Below are positions 62,101 through 64,000 of a stretch of DNA of 64,000 nt, piece after piece. Under the pieces are notes generated by a model. It searched no databases, was not told where the DNA came from, and saw only the letters and a program-made list of their open reading frames with translations. The position numbers and the translations under genes are program-made. Position 1 is the stretch's first letter. Every line of letters starts with the position of its first letter. Source of the DNA: Eutreptiella sp. 'Long Island Sound 2002' (taxonomy: Eukaryota; Protista; Euglenida); assembly GCA_964036045.1 (NCBI GenBank), contig OZ038379.1, positions 26,474,001 to 26,538,000 on the forward strand. The letters run 5' to 3'.

Positions 62101-64000
62101 TGGCCCCTACTCCGTCGCCCCTTGGCGAGTCATCATTATGCAGCTTATCTAATTTCTCATCCACCAAACGTTGTGTCAATGGCCTGAACAATGCTCGCGC
62201 CATTGTTTTAAAATTCGCCGCGAGAGGCAGTGATTGCTGTAAAAATGGAGGGTCCCTAAACAGACATAAAAACCTTCCTTTGACACCCCCTCGGAGTGCT
62301 CCTTCAATGCCGTGGCTATCTTAAGCGGTTGGCTGAGTTGTGCGCCCCTTTTGTCCCTAACCGCTCCAAGCCGCCGTCGGCAATGTAGCTCCGACATGCG
62401 TTTGGTTATCCGTTCCTGCCTGTCTGGCCTTGACCGCGAGTTCAAATCCTCTCCTCCTAAAATTCCTTTTAGCTTGCCTAACAAAATGGTGCACCTCTTG
62501 TCATTGCGGTCCTTTTCCGGCAGGGCCACAAGCAGTGAATACACGGCAGATTCCAAATGCGGATTGTACCCTTTGGTTTTGACGTACGCCCACGCTTGTG
62601 GGCACACCCCGTGCTTGGTAGACGTTAGGACCAAGCCCAGGATATGGAGGCCCTGGGGCGGGGGAGGGGGGGGGGGGGGCACTTCCCGATGATACTTGAT
62701 TGCTTCATTACAATTGATATGGACAGCGATGTCCCACCAATCTTTTGGTGCGGCCTCAATGGAGGAAATCACACTCATCACGCGGGCCACACACTCATTA
62801 TCATTCAAAAATTCTTCATAACGCCTGAACCTGGGCAATAAGTCATCCAACACATGTGGGTTGTAGGCAACATGTAGCGCTTTATGGTCGGCCCTTGCCA
62901 CGAAGGCCGTATATGCAGAGGACAGGCAGTCTCGGAGGCCGGTGTGACATGTATGCGATATATTCTATACAGGTTCATGGGAGCAATGGGCCGCTCATAA
63001 TCCTCATCCTCCGTTTCGGACAGGTCCTCATCCCTCACCCCAAATCCGAAGGTATAGCCCTCTTGGGGGTCCTGCATGTCAGGGCAGTCTGAATGCACGT
63101 GTATGTATGCATCGTCCAATTGTAGTTTCTGCATAATTTGTGTCTCGGCCTCTCTAGCATCCAAGATTGTCCTGTTTGTATTCTCAAATATTGGGCAAGA
63201 GCCCCTCGATGGGACTATAAGCGAATTATGATCCGCCATCAGGATCTTATGCTCGCGGAAGACATATGTAAGGAGGTTCGGAAGTTTCCTCCATTGAACC
63301 CCTCTTTTTCAAGGCCTATGTGAGAAGTCCGCAGACGTCACACAAAGACCCTCAGGGTTCAGCATCACGCCTACCAAGACGAGTGGACCTGAGGACCACG
63401 CTCGTTGCAACTACAAGCTATTTTTTCCCCCATAGCAGCGACCCTTCCTCTCCCTTCCCCTGGGAAATTCAACATCAGTTCATAGCCAATATTAGAGAAG
63501 AAGATGTTCACCTCATAGTATTGACCCTGTTTGTTGGGGTGGGCATTGAAGTTAGGCTCCAAAATAACCGCGAAATTAACATTCTTGGCGACAAGATGTC
63601 GCCCCAATTCTCGATACTTCAGGACCATTTTGTTTCCCTTTTTTACCTTTCTTAGCGGCCCATTGATGTCAAGGGACATCAATGAGAGTGCACCGAACAG
63701 TGGCGGTGCTTCAAGCACAACACTTATTGTTGACATTGTTCTGGGAATCGCCTCCCTTTACTACATTGACATAGGTGGACTTCCACCTTTTCCCGGTGCC
63801 CAATTGCGGGGAGTTCAGGTTCCTCTTGCCACACCACTTGGTGTGTTGTCCTGTTCTCACCGTATGATATTGTTGTAGAGACATAATAAATATCGGAGAC
63901 TTGCGTTTGGGATCCCGCACTAGTGCTCCATTCAGATCTTTCAGGTCAGGTCCGGTCAGTTTCCAGGCAGACAAACTGATATCTCGTGGGGTCCAGGAGA
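59200..64000 (-). mobile_element. Decayed L1-like non-LTR retrotransposon (APE-RT-CCHC-RNase H), running off the window end
   Basis: APE: SLDINGPL, ILEPNF. RT: SPRGDG, GIGQGDPFS, FMYTDHL. Knuckle: CPICGSVEKLDHALGDC. RNase H: TDSS, WIKVPGHVQLEGNERADALAK. The 3' boundary is approximate. Confidence 0.88.

Overview
Repeat-rich eukaryotic DNA with long GT-AG introns and abundant G/C homopolymer runs. A euglenid-like protist is my inference, not proven. Two host genes can be reconstructed, both on the minus strand. The first is a small bacterial-type [2Fe-2S] ferredoxin whose Cx4Cx2C motif is split by a 9.9-kb intron (exons 16487-16240 and 6352-6211). The second is an SLC52-type riboflavin transporter (exons 33585-33334, 32652-~32358, ~26297-25786; 5' exon not found). 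Most of the rest is nested transposable elements and satellites. (1) A full-length but decayed LINE at 6739-15570 with a 16-bp TSD; it starts exactly at a candidate HDV-like ribozyme, has two tandem 2A-like motifs ahead of APE-RT-CCHC, and carries a nested hAT derivative. (2) A second copy of that LINE family at ~42430-52230. (3) An L1-like APE-RT-CCHC-RNase H element at ~59200-64000. (4) The most interesting feature: two diverged members of a two-gene cut-and-paste transposon family, 44527-49989 (complete) and ~27660-32094 (deleted). Their DDE transposase resembles the RAG1/Transib core but lacks the zinc ligands. The complete copy has CCC...GGG 45-bp TIRs and a 2-bp TSD, and both copies carry a spliced accessory gene whose introns are filled with an element-specific motif that also occurs in the subterminal region. 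All family assignments come from motif recognition by eye; no searches were run.
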